The notes beneath the pieces were generated by a model that searched no databases, had not been told where the DNA came from, and saw only the letters and a list, made by a program, of their open reading frames with translations. A program made the position numbers and the translations under genes. 64,000 bases of DNA. Origin: an uncultured Pirellulaceae bacterium. Its GTDB lineage: Bacteria > Planctomycetota > Planctomycetia > Pirellulales > Pirellulaceae. This document shows, in pieces, positions 38,593 to 47,977 of the stretch; position 1 is the stretch's first letter; every line of letters begins with the position of its first letter. Location of the stretch: NCBI GenBank assembly GCA_937929805.1, contig CALFUT010000003.1:730-64729 (forward strand), in the 5' to 3' direction.

Positions 38593-39936
38593 ATGGCAGA
38601 CATACAAGCATTTCGCGGTTGGCGATACGACCTAGCCAAGGCTGGCTCGTTGTCTGACCTAGTTGCTCCGCCTTACGATGTGATTGACTCACAGCAACAA
38701 GCTCAGCTTTATGACCAAAGCCCGTACAATGTCACTCGGTTGATTCTCAATCGTGGTGACGACCTGCTGGGTGATCAGACAGTCTACGATCGCGCGGCGG
38801 AGCACCTGAAACGATGGCGTCGCGACGATATCTTAGTTGAGGAAAACGTCGGCACCGTTTACGTGTACCACCAGACGTTTGAGCACGAAGGACAGTCGAT
38901 TACGCGGCGTGGGTTCATCGCTCGGACGAAGCTGGAACCATTTGGGTCGGGGACAATCTACCCGCACGAGCAAACTCATTCGGCGGCGAAAGAGGATCGG
39001 TTCAAACTGATGGCGGCCTGCCAAGCTAATCTGAGTCCAATCTTTGGTATTTACCCAGACCCCGATAATGTCGCTCAGGAAGCACTCGAGTCGGCCATTC
39101 AAGACCGTACTCCGCTAACGGCTATCGATGATCATGGCGTGCGTCACGAGATGTGGATGTTGACCGACGCCAATGCGATCGCTGCCGCCGCCAACCTGCT
39201 CGGGTCCGTTCCGATGTACATCGCCGACGGTCATCACCGATACGAAACCTCATGTGCGATTCGTGACCATCGAAGACAGGTCGAAGAAATCGACGGCGAG
39301 CATCCCGCGGACTACACGATGATGATGTGCGTCAGCATGCACGACCCCGGCATGGTTGTGTTGCCGACCCACCGGCTGTTCCGGCAGATCAAACCGTTGA
39401 CCTCAGCCGATCTAATCGCCAGCTTTGGCGACGCTTTCACGTGCGAGGTCGCCGGGCAAGGCATTCACCAAGCCGATTCGGTTTGGGAAGCCATCGTTGT
39501 TGAGGACCGGCAGTCAACGCTAGGCTTCTACTGCCGGCAAGACGACACGTGGGTGCTTGCCCGCCTTTCAGAACAGGGAGCAACGACACTGCAAGAACTC
39601 GCGCCTGACCAAAGTGAGGAATGGCGAGACCTTGGCGTTTCGATTCTTCACAAGCTGGCGATCGAGAAGCTGCTCGGCTACTCCGACCTACCGTCTCCCT
39701 GCTACGTTCACGACATACCAGAAGTCATCGGACGACTCACTCACGGAGATACCGCTGGCCGCGACGCGACCGGACAAGAGGGTGACGGCGGAGCGTTTGA
39801 GCTTGCCTGTTTAGTGATGCCGGCCACCTTAGACCACGTCCAAGCAATCAGCGAGAACGGAGAACGAATGCCCGCCAAGAGCACCTACTTCTACCCGAAG
39901 CTGCTGAGTGGTTTGGTGATTAATCCACTGCAATAG
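38593..39936 (+). CDS. DUF1015 family protein
   Basis: APPYDVI, IYPHEQT, YIADGHHRYET, PTHRL, MPAKSTYFYPKLLSGL. Confidence 0.93.
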   Translation: MADIQAFRGWRYDLAKAGSLSDLVAPPYDVIDSQQQAQLYDQSPYNVTRLILNRGDDLLGDQTVYDRAAEHLKRWRRDDILVEENVGTVYVYHQTFEHEGQSITRRGFIARTKLEPFGSGTIYPHEQTHSAAKEDRFKLMAACQANLSPIFGIYPDPDNVAQEALESAIQDRTPLTAIDDHGVRHEMWMLTDANAIAAAANLLGSVPMYIADGHHRYETSCAIRDHRRQVEEIDGEHPADYTMMMCVSMHDPGMVVLPTHRLFRQIKPLTSADLIASFGDAFTCEVAGQGIHQADSVWEAIVVEDRQSTLGFYCRQDDTWVLARLSEQGATTLQELAPDQSEEWRDLGVSILHKLAIEKLLGYSDLPSPCYVHDIPEVIGRLTHGDTAGRDATGQEGDGGAFELACLVMPATLDHVQAISENGERMPAKSTYFYPKLLSGLVINPLQ

Positions 39937-40106
39937 TGTCCAGTCAAAAGCCTAGAGTCATCGCTTGGGTGCCAAATCTAGCTTTCTGCCACTTGCTCTC
40001 GGCTATGCTGCAAGCCAGTTCGGACAGCCTGCCTTTTCCTCTCCCCCAAGCTGGGTGCCAATTGTAAGCTGAGTGCCAAGGCTTCCGCTTGCGTAAGCAA
40101 GCCCAG

Positions 40107-40250
40107 ACGAGGCTGTGATTTTTTGTGACGTCGTTTCACTAAGTGGTTCGCGCCGTTTGTAGTAGCGGCTTCAGTCGCTTGAAAACGACAACCGAAAGCC
40201 TCAAGGCTTTACTACGAACCTTGCTCTCTAAAAAAATCGCAGCCCGGGCC
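40107..40250. repeat. ~145-bp dispersed REP/MITE-like element (family C, copy 2) with terminal inverted repeats
   Basis: Ends GGCTGTGATTTTTT and AAAAAATCGCAGCC are inverted repeats with one mismatch; body aligns with 941..1089. Confidence 0.75.
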
Positions 40251-40285
40251 TGATTCCGGCATGAAATCGATGTGGCCACAAAAGG

Positions 40286-40301
40286 AGTTTCACGTGAAAC
40301 T
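40286..40301. promoter_or_regulatory. parS centromere site 1 (AGTTTCACGTGAAACT)
   Basis: Perfect 16-bp palindrome, 14/16 identical to consensus TGTTTCACGTGAAACA, ~1 kb upstream of parA. Confidence 0.85.
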
Positions 40302-40338
40302 GGATAAACCAATCCGTTAAGCTGGGGCGACCACAGAA

Positions 40339-40354
40339 AGTTTCACGTGGAACG
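40339..40354. promoter_or_regulatory. parS centromere site 2 (AGTTTCACGTGGAACG)
   Basis: 14/16 identical to TGTTTCACGTGGAACA; 53 bp from site 1. Confidence 0.8.
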
Positions 40355-40475
40355 GCCACTGCCTGCAATGTTTACGGAAGCATTTGGCGGAAACGAAATT
40401 GGGGCCTATCGTCGATAAGATCAACGACCCGTTTTCTTGTTTTCTTAGGCAATTCGTTCGTGGGAGATTTTGGCA

Positions 40476-40685
40476 ATGGTCGACTCACCAAACCAGACCG
40501 GCCAAGAATTCGTATGGGCTGTTTTGTTCTTTGGAGCTTGCTGGCTATTCGCCTCTGCTGCACTGCTCGTACACTTCCAGCTAGTCACCCTATCCGTTCT
40601 GAATTTGTTCTTGGCGGTCACACTGGTATGGGCAGTAGCCAGCGTTGGCTTGATCGCAACCGGTTGGTCACCGGGAGGAAAATGA
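40476..40685 (+). CDS. Candidate small two-TM membrane protein (69 aa)
   Basis: GGGAG SD 9 nt before the ATG; two strongly hydrophobic stretches. No family recognised. Confidence 0.45.
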   Translation: MVDSPNQTGQEFVWAVLFFGACWLFASAALLVHFQLVTLSVLNLFLAVTLVWAVASVGLIATGWSPGGK

Positions 40686-40716
40686 GCGGCCGTCGCAAAA
40701 TGCTGCGGCGCCTCTT

Positions 40717-40995
40717 GGGTGCCATGCCTTACGCTTGCGTAAGCATGATTCACAACCGGCGCGACCGTGGCCTCGAAGAGAATTTCTTATTCGCAACTTT
40801 CGGTGCCATGCCTTACGCTTGCGCAATCATGATCAGGTGTCATTGACTTCGAGGGTCAGGAAGCATGCTCATGCTCATTCTTCGCGTGAGCATGGCACCC
40901 AGACTGCGTGAGCATGGTACCGTTAGCATGGCACCCGAACCGCGTTAGCATGGCACCCGAACCGCGTGAGCATGGCACCCGAATCGCGTGAGCAT
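40717..40995. repeat. Cluster of family A palindromes and ~22-bp tandem repeats
   Basis: GGTGCCATGCCTTACGCTTGCG x2 (40718, 40802), then about six CGCGT(G/T)AGCATGGCACCCGAAC-like units at 40883-40995. Confidence 0.85.
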
Positions 40996-41271
40996 CACCA
41001 CCGATTGCAGCGGTCCACCCCACCCGTTACATCGGTTCATACGCCCCCCAACGTAGGTCAACGGCAACGGCGGCCGTCTGAACTGATGGTCCAAACGTCA
41101 TCCATCCAAACAAACATCCCAATCAATCTGTGACACCAAGGTACCTCAGTCAATCGACTTGCTATCACGTGAAAGTTGATGTTTGTTCAATCACCGCCAC
41201 GTGATACGCTCTTCGGTTCAACAAAATTTCGCAGCCGGTTGCTGCGCTCGGATGGATTCGAGGGATAAGAC

Positions 41272-42018
41272 GTGGGCCGAACATTCTGCATTGCGAACCA
41301 GAAGGGGGGCGTGGGAAAAACCACGACCTCCATCAATCTGGCAACCGCACTCGCCCGCAGCGGCCACCACACGCTGTTGGTCGACATGGATCCGCAATGC
41401 AATGCGACATCCGGGATCGGCCAGCAACCCGTCGATCGTCATCCGTTAATCGTGGACCAAGCGATCCGCCACGGCGTTCTTTCGACCGATGTCGATCGTC
41501 TTGATCTACTTCCGGGCAGCAAATCATTTCGCGACCTAAGCGTGCTAGCGTCAGACGATAGCAACCACGACGAACTTCTGATCGAACACTTAGCCAACGG
41601 AGCGGCTAGGTACGACTACGTGCTGATTGACTGCCCTCCTTCGTTGGGAAAACTAACTCGTACGGCTCTGTCCGTCTCGAACGAAGTCCTGATGCCCATC
41701 CAATGCGAATACTTCGCGATGGAAGGACTGGCTCAAATGATCGACGTGATTCGCAGCGTGATGCTTGACCGACCGGGTCAGCTGACCTTCGGTGGCATCG
41801 TGCTAACGATGTACGACGAATCACTTGAGCTTACGCAGGAAGTGGACCAAGAGGTTCGCGATTTTTTTGGAGAAATTGTTTTTGACACCGTTGTTCCACG
41901 TGACGTCCACGTCACCGAAGCGCCCAGTCACGGCCAAAGCGTAATCGATTACGCGCCGCGATCGAGAGGAACAAGGGCATACATGGAATTGTGCATGGAG
42001 GTACTGGAACGTGACTAG
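41272..42018 (+). CDS. parA: Chromosome partitioning ATPase ParA/Soj
   Basis: ANQKGGVGKTT, LLVDMDPQCNAT, YVLIDCPPSLG, PIQCEYFAMEG, EAPSHG. Confidence 0.96.
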   Translation: MGRTFCIANQKGGVGKTTTSINLATALARSGHHTLLVDMDPQCNATSGIGQQPVDRHPLIVDQAIRHGVLSTDVDRLDLLPGSKSFRDLSVLASDDSNHDELLIEHLANGAARYDYVLIDCPPSLGKLTRTALSVSNEVLMPIQCEYFAMEGLAQMIDVIRSVMLDRPGQLTFGGIVLTMYDESLELTQEVDQEVRDFFGEIVFDTVVPRDVHVTEAPSHGQSVIDYAPRSRGTRAYMELCMEVLERD

Positions 42019-43045
42019 AAAAAAACGACTTGGCCGAGGCCTTGAAGCATTGTTGAACACGACGGTCGAGTCAGTCGACGCGCCGGTTCGAACTGCTCAG
42101 AATTCATTGGCGGCAGTCGTCGCCGAACCGCCGAGAAGTACGGCAACGCAACCGGCTTCCGTTCCTGTGAACGTAAAGCAACTGGATGTGGTTCATTCAA
42201 AAGATCCGGTCGATGGCGAGATCGTCCACCTGAATGTTTACGACATCGAGGACAATCCGTTTCAACCACGCCGCGTGTTTAGCGAAGCAGAAATCGGATC
42301 GCTGTCGGAAAGCCTAAAAGAGCACGACATCCTGCAGCCGATTTTGGTGCGAGTTGTCAACGGACGGTATCAGTTGATCAGTGGCGAGCGTCGTCTGCGA
42401 GCGGCCATCAAAGCAAACTGGAAAACGATTCCGGCTCGTTTGAGAACAGCCGACGACCGCTTGGTCTCCGAACTGGCGATTGTCGAAAATCTCCAGCGTC
42501 AAGATCTGAACCCAATCGAAAAAGCGCTTTCGTTTCGCCGTTACTTGAACGAGCACAATTGCACTCAGGATGGGCTGGCCGGAAGACTTAAAATCGACCG
42601 CTCGACGATCGCCAACTTGATGCGATTGCTTGAGCTTCCAACTCCAATCCAAGACGCTTTGCAGGAGGGCAAAATCTCTGCCGGCCACGCGCGAGCCCTG
42701 CTGCCGCTTGGGGACGAAAACCTGCAAGTAGAATTCTGCCAACGAATTATCCGGGAAGGCATGAGCGTCAGGGCGGTCGAACAGGCGGTGCGAGAGAAGA
42801 TTGCGGCTGAGGACAAATTCGGAATCAGCCCAGCGACCCGGCGAAAAAGAGCCCGCGATCACCAGATCCAGTCCCTGCAACAGGAACTCAAAACCGCGTT
42901 GGGAACCAAGGTGCAAATACGCAACGGCTCAGGCCAAAAAGGGCAGATCGTCGTCCATTTCAACAATGCCACCGAATTCGAGCGACTAAGAGCTCTACTT
43001 GGTGGCCGGGATCTTGGCTCAAATAACTCGGATCGGGCCGCCTAA
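42011..43045 (+). CDS. parB: Chromosome partitioning protein ParB/Spo0J
   Basis: NPFQPR, ISGERRLRA (CTPase arginine patch), ENLQRQDLNPIE, HTH RSTIANLMRLL; overlaps parA by 8 nt. Confidence 0.96.
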   Translation: MTRKKRLGRGLEALLNTTVESVDAPVRTAQNSLAAVVAEPPRSTATQPASVPVNVKQLDVVHSKDPVDGEIVHLNVYDIEDNPFQPRRVFSEAEIGSLSESLKEHDILQPILVRVVNGRYQLISGERRLRAAIKANWKTIPARLRTADDRLVSELAIVENLQRQDLNPIEKALSFRRYLNEHNCTQDGLAGRLKIDRSTIANLMRLLELPTPIQDALQEGKISAGHARALLPLGDENLQVEFCQRIIREGMSVRAVEQAVREKIAAEDKFGISPATRRKRARDHQIQSLQQELKTALGTKVQIRNGSGQKGQIVVHFNNATEFERLRALLGGRDLGSNNSDRAA

Positions 43046-43098
43046 ATATCGAACCTTGCCGGGTGAGCATTGTCTTGCAGGAATCGTTGAAATGTGGA

Positions 43099-43127
43099 TT
43101 GCAGAAGAAGGGCACTGTCGGTAGATT
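43099..43127 (+). promoter_or_regulatory. Sigma70-like promoter TTGCAG-17-TAGATT for tRNA-Pro
   Basis: Hexamers with a 17-bp spacer, ~65 nt upstream of the tRNA. Confidence 0.5.
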
Positions 43128-43192
43128 ATTGGCCTGTTGAGCAATCGTGGGGAAGTTTTTTCCTTTCTTATTGGCTCACATTCAAAAAGTTG

Positions 43193-43267
43193 CGGGGTGT
43201 AGCGCAGTCTGGCTAGCGCACCTGGTTTGGGACCAGGGGGTCGGAGGTTCGAATCCTCTCACCCCGA
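43193..43267 (+). tRNA. tRNA-Pro (anticodon TGG), CCA not encoded
   Basis: Acceptor CGGGGTG/CACCCCG-A; anticodon stem CCTGG/CCAGG with loop TT-TGG-GA; T-loop GGTTCGAATCC. Confidence 0.96.
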
Positions 43268-43366
43268 CTTTTTTGATCTTAGTTTCTTCCGATAGACTTT
43301 GCCGGCTTGTTGATTCGGTCGGCTGGGCATTGAAGCCATTTCTAACGAACGAACGGAACACCGCGA

Positions 43367-43867
43367 ATGGATTCACCGCTCTGCTTCGACGACGTGTCTG
43401 TTGGCCAGACATGGACTAGCCCGCGTCGCACAGTAACTGAAGCGGACGTGATCAACTTCGCGACGATGACCGGCGATTTCAATCCACTTCATGTAGATTA
43501 TCATTACGCGGCAAACAGCCATTATCGGCAACCGGTCGCTCACGGCCTGCTGGGTCTATCGTGGGTTGCTGGCCTCGGTAGTTATTCACCCAGCGTAAGT
43601 ACGATTGCGTTCACCGCCGTTCGTAGTTGGGAATTCGCCAGACCACTTTATTTCGGTGACACTGTCTACGTGGTCACATCCTGTGTCAGCAAAACACCCA
43701 CCAGCCGGCGGGCAGGAAAGATCGTTTGGGAACGCAAGTTGCTCAACCAAGACGACCAAGTCGTTCAGCACGGTCAATTCGAAACGCTTGTCTCTATGAA
43801 ACAAGTCGTTCCTCCCCCTCACGTGACGAACGTTGGCTCGCCTGCGAAAGCGACCTCTGTCGAGTGA
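43367..43867 (+). CDS. MaoC-like (R)-hydratase/dehydratase
   Basis: FATMTGDFNPLHVD...AHGLL hot-dog hydratase motif; PLYFGDT. Confidence 0.92.
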   Translation: MDSPLCFDDVSVGQTWTSPRRTVTEADVINFATMTGDFNPLHVDYHYAANSHYRQPVAHGLLGLSWVAGLGSYSPSVSTIAFTAVRSWEFARPLYFGDTVYVVTSCVSKTPTSRRAGKIVWERKLLNQDDQVVQHGQFETLVSMKQVVPPPHVTNVGSPAKATSVE

Positions 43868-44210
43868 GATCATGCCGCCGGATTTACACCGGCGCGTATC
43901 AAATTCATCGGTTGAAGGTTCACGAGACTTGATCCAAATCGGTTATTTCGATTGATTTTGTTTTCGTCCGAATTCTTACCGCGTTCGATAATGCTCTCTC
44001 GCGCGAAACCTGCTACTGTCTCGACCCACAACTGATTCAGTAAGCTTCCGACGCATTTGCTGTCAGCTCAAATGCTGTCACGTGGTTTAATCGATCCAAG
44101 CGGCTTAAGTCGCAAAATCCATTCAAGCCGACCACAGTCAGTCGACGATGGGATGATGACGATACGCCCAGCTTTCTGTGCGCAATTCCGCGTTTTTGCA
44201 AGAAACTCGC

Positions 44211-45386
44211 ATGAACACCACAAATGACTATCCTCAAGACGCACCCGTTCTGCGCCAAGCGTCTCGAAAACGTTCCGTGATCGCCTTCTTGGTCACGTCC
44301 CTCGCAGCCTTTTTAATGATCGGGCTGACATGGCCGCTCACGATGAAGGGCTATCAATCGGAGGGATTGATTGAGTTCGAAAATCAGCAGGTCGCCTCAA
44401 CGTTGGTCAACAACGATCTACCCACCGCGTTGAGATCCGCCTTGCATCCAACTGCGATGCGAAACCGTCTCGAACAGATGGGCACCGACAGTAGTCGGCT
44501 AAATGCTGGCAACGTCGAGGAACTACACCGTCGAATCAGCGTCGGTTTCCGAGATGGATCTTCGACGCAAAAGCCGAGCCTAAGAGTCGTTTTGGTGGGC
44601 AAAGGAACTGCAGACGAAGCCCGTTTCATTGAGTCTTTCGTCAGCGACCTCGCGACGCGTCTTGAAGTCGCCGCAGTCGCGATTACTCGTGCTGATGGAA
44701 CCGCTCGGACGCCCAGTCGTCCGGTCCATCAAGCTCAGTGGTTGGTCAATCAAATCGAAGAAGGCTTGACCAGCGCAAAGACTCAAACCGCTCACTTGAT
44801 GGCCCACAATTCCGCTCATTACGGAGCCTCGACCTTTCGCAACGTTGGTCACGTCAAGGAACAAGCTACTACCGGCATGGACAGCTTGCATCGAACGTTG
44901 GAGAGCGTGGATGTCTCATCGTTGCGAGGAGTGATCGAACAGCTTGAGAAAAACGGTGTTCAGCAAAGCACCGGACTGGTCCGTTTTGATGCCAATCGTA
45001 TTGCCAGTCGTCCCGTGGGAGCCGTACCGAACGCAGCTTCGCTGATGCTTGCTGGACTCGTGTCAATGATTCTGGGCGGTGTGGTTGCGTGGAACCTTCA
45101 ACCATTCGCCGATCAGGGATTTGAGAGTGTCGACGATGTGGCAAACCAGCTGGGCGTACCGGTCGTTGGAACGCTTAACGTGGATCCTCCAGCAATCGTT
45201 GATGTCGAACAACCGTTGTTAAACCTATGGGCCAATCGAGCCGTAAGGCTTAGCGGAACTGTGCTTGCCGCAATTGCGATCCTCGGAGTTGGCTTTTGGC
45301 TGACTTCCGCGGAAGTCAGGGATTCGTTCGGCGAGAGCTGGTTCCACGGATTCGCTCGTATTGTATGGAAGCTATCCGGATCCTGA
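44211..45386 (+). CDS. Wzz/Wzc-like (polysaccharide co-polymerase-type) membrane protein with three TMs
   Basis: TM1 followed by Y.SEGLIEF, large periplasmic region, TM2, then FESVDDVANQLGVPVVGTL (Wzc-type post-TM motif) and an extra C-terminal TM. No tyrosine cluster. Confidence 0.6.
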   Translation: MNTTNDYPQDAPVLRQASRKRSVIAFLVTSLAAFLMIGLTWPLTMKGYQSEGLIEFENQQVASTLVNNDLPTALRSALHPTAMRNRLEQMGTDSSRLNAGNVEELHRRISVGFRDGSSTQKPSLRVVLVGKGTADEARFIESFVSDLATRLEVAAVAITRADGTARTPSRPVHQAQWLVNQIEEGLTSAKTQTAHLMAHNSAHYGASTFRNVGHVKEQATTGMDSLHRTLESVDVSSLRGVIEQLEKNGVQQSTGLVRFDANRIASRPVGAVPNAASLMLAGLVSMILGGVVAWNLQPFADQGFESVDDVANQLGVPVVGTLNVDPPAIVDVEQPLLNLWANRAVRLSGTVLAAIAILGVGFWLTSAEVRDSFGESWFHGFARIVWKLSGS

Positions 45387-45487
45387 GACAACGACTAACC
45401 GAGTCACCCGTTGACTCTACACTCGCCCGAATCAGCGAAATGATTCAACCCTTGACAAAAAAGCTGTTTTCGACACAGGAAGTCGTT

Positions 45488-47908
45488 ATGTACCAAGAAA
45501 TTTTTGATTTTAGCGGACGGCCATTCACGATGGCTCCGTACGTAAAGCACTTCTTTGAAGGCGGCCCCGTCAAGGAATCATTTGACCAGGTCACTGAATC
45601 AATCAGTCGTGATGCTGGCCCGGCAATCGTTGTTGGAGAACACGGGACCGGCAAGACGTTATTGCTAACATTGCTGTCCGAGCAGTATCAACAAAAGTTC
45701 AAAGTGATTTCGCTGTCTTGCGGGCCGATGTCCGCGCGTCGCGATTTACTTCAAGCGATTCTCTTTGAGCTCAAGCAACCCTACCGCGATCTGAGCGAAG
45801 GTGAACTGCGTCTGTCACTAATTGACTTCATCAAGCCCGCCGCCAACTGCCCAAATGGCGTGCTACTGCTGATTGACGACGCTCAGGCCTTAACTTCTGA
45901 TCTTGTGGACGAACTGCGATTGATCACCAATTTCGTCCGCGACGGAGTCCCGCGAGTTCGGCTTGTTTTTTGCGGCACTGGTCGGTTTGAAGAAATTCTG
46001 ACAGAGCCAAAACTGGAATCCTTTAACCAACGTATCTCGACCCGCTGCTTCCTTGGAAATCTTACTCGCGAACAGACACAAGCTTACGTCCACGAACACA
46101 TTGCTCGCGTTGGCGGCAACGCAACGACAATGTTCGACAGCTGCACAACGGAAGCAATTCACGAGGCAACTTCTGGATGCCCTCGGTTTATAAACCAGCT
46201 TGCAGAACAGTGCATGATCTACGCTGCGACACACGGCAGCATGATCGTCGAGCCGAACATGGTTGCGCCGGCGTGGGCACAAGTCCAAGGCCTACCAACC
46301 GCTGACCCGAACGCTCCGGTTCCAACTGATTCAAACGATGAAAACTGGACCGTCATCGAATTTGGAACACTCGACGACGACGAGGACTTCGCTGAGGATT
46401 CGGATCAAACGTCGGCAGCGGCGGATAGCGGTATTGCTTCAAACGATGAGCCCGGCAAACTGTTAAACGACAGTGTGAACGTCGAAATCACCGGCGAATC
46501 AATGGATGCTGAAGTAACCGAGCCCGAACCAACCCACGTCGATTCACATTGGGGCGACGTTGGCAGCTCCGATCCATTTGTCGCTCATGAATCGGTTTCG
46601 GATCAGGAAGAACTCGGTGCCACTGAAGCCCAGACAGACGAGACTTCCGTGTCGGCGGAGACAGAAGACGGTTACACGTACGAACCGCTCGCCGCCTCGA
46701 TCGAAGAAGATCAGATCCAAGCCACGGCTGAAACGAGCTCAATACCAATTGAATTCGGCGACTTGGCTCAAGACCAAGAGGACACATGGGCTGCTGCCGG
46801 TTTTGCAGCCGACACCCAAGCTGACGAATTATCCGCCCAACTGGATACCTCAGCCGAACAAACATCTTCGGAGCCTACGGAGGAAGAAACAGAGGGTGTT
46901 TCAGAAAGCCAGTCGCTTGCCGATTCAGCATTGCCGGCCGTTCCAGCAATTGCCGCTGCGGTGGCTGCGAGCATGGCTAACCCGTTTGCAGAGGCATTTG
47001 ACTCGGAAGAACCTGTCTCAACCGAGTTCAATGACCAACTGGCGGAGCAGAATGTTTCCTCAATGAGTGTCACGGGTGAGCAGCTTGATCAGCTGTCGCC
47101 TCCGAATGAGGACCTGCCAAACAACACTGGAATCCCTGTCGTTAGCCTCGCTGATGAGGCCAGCCCGACGCCAGAAACTTTTTCCGAAGAACCTGCACCC
47201 GCTTTCGAGACAACGGTTCCCGTTGACTCAGAAGAATACACAGCTGATCAACTGAATTCCGTATTTGGTTCCATGGAGAACGATCAAACGGCGGCCGACA
47301 ACGTTGCGGGTCCAACTGCCGAGATGGAACCGGTGGATCGTTCATCGGAGCCGGACCTGAACGTCGCACCGGAAACTGACGACGATGAGAGCAATTTCCA
47401 TGAGCACAACACCCAACAACCCACAGCCGACATCCAGCAGCAGGCGGACGAGATTTTGAGTTCGATTCGGACACCGGAACCTGCACAAAACGACTCCATC
47501 GATGAAGGAGCCAAACCCGCTTCCGAACCATGCGACACCGATCCAGCCGTGGCCCAAGACAATGTTGAAATCAGCGAGGCCCAAAGAATCCTCGCAGAAA
47601 TTCTCGAACACAAACAACTGCTTAGCGAACAGGTTACGCCGCCAGCGACAGAAAGCCATGCGACCAACATGGCAGAGTTCCCACAAACGCTGCCAATCCA
47701 ACACTCGTATTCGACTGAAGCACCGGGCGAAACCAGTGACATTGGGTACAACGCTGAGCCAACTTCGCAAGCTCAAAATCATTCGGATCCGACGTCACCA
47801 AATAGCACCTACGGCAACGATGGAGCTGCCGTGTCGATCGGACGAGCAGAACGGATGAACTATGAGAAATTGTTTGAGCAGTTGCGCGATCAGGGTGACA
47901 AAACTTAA
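45488..47908 (+). CDS. ExeA/GspA-like AAA+ ATPase with long acidic low-complexity C-terminus
   Basis: MYQEIFDFSGRPF start, Walker A GEHGTGKT, Walker B LLIDDAQ, RLVFCGT, TSGCPRFINQL; D/E/S/T/P-rich tail of about 500 aa. Confidence 0.85.
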   Translation: MYQEIFDFSGRPFTMAPYVKHFFEGGPVKESFDQVTESISRDAGPAIVVGEHGTGKTLLLTLLSEQYQQKFKVISLSCGPMSARRDLLQAILFELKQPYRDLSEGELRLSLIDFIKPAANCPNGVLLLIDDAQALTSDLVDELRLITNFVRDGVPRVRLVFCGTGRFEEILTEPKLESFNQRISTRCFLGNLTREQTQAYVHEHIARVGGNATTMFDSCTTEAIHEATSGCPRFINQLAEQCMIYAATHGSMIVEPNMVAPAWAQVQGLPTADPNAPVPTDSNDENWTVIEFGTLDDDEDFAEDSDQTSAAADSGIASNDEPGKLLNDSVNVEITGESMDAEVTEPEPTHVDSHWGDVGSSDPFVAHESVSDQEELGATEAQTDETSVSAETEDGYTYEPLAASIEEDQIQATAETSSIPIEFGDLAQDQEDTWAAAGFAADTQADELSAQLDTSAEQTSSEPTEEETEGVSESQSLADSALPAVPAIAAAVAASMANPFAEAFDSEEPVSTEFNDQLAEQNVSSMSVTGEQLDQLSPPNEDLPNNTGIPVVSLADEASPTPETFSEEPAPAFETTVPVDSEEYTADQLNSVFGSMENDQTAADNVAGPTAEMEPVDRSSEPDLNVAPETDDDESNFHEHNTQQPTADIQQQADEILSSIRTPEPAQNDSIDEGAKPASEPCDTDPAVAQDNVEISEAQRILAEILEHKQLLSEQVTPPATESHATNMAEFPQTLPIQHSYSTEAPGETSDIGYNAEPTSQAQNHSDPTSPNSTYGNDGAAVSIGRAERMNYEKLFEQLRDQGDKT

Positions 47909-47977
47909 ACCGAATCCGCCCGCAACTTGTTTACCAAACGCGAAGATCATTTGCAGAACCAACCTGAGCAAAAATCG

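Noticed and set aside
40883-40995. Mini-CRISPR from 22-bp repeats
   Set aside because: Repeats are head-to-tail with no spacers.
39937-41271. oriC in the long interval upstream of parA
   Set aside because: I found no DnaA-box cluster and no dnaA/dnaN nearby; only parS sites and repeats are supported.
45296-45487. Long N-terminal extension of the AAA ATPase (ORF-track start 45296)
   Set aside because: It overlaps the upstream gene; ATG 45488 has an AGGA SD and gives the family-typical MY...F...PF start.
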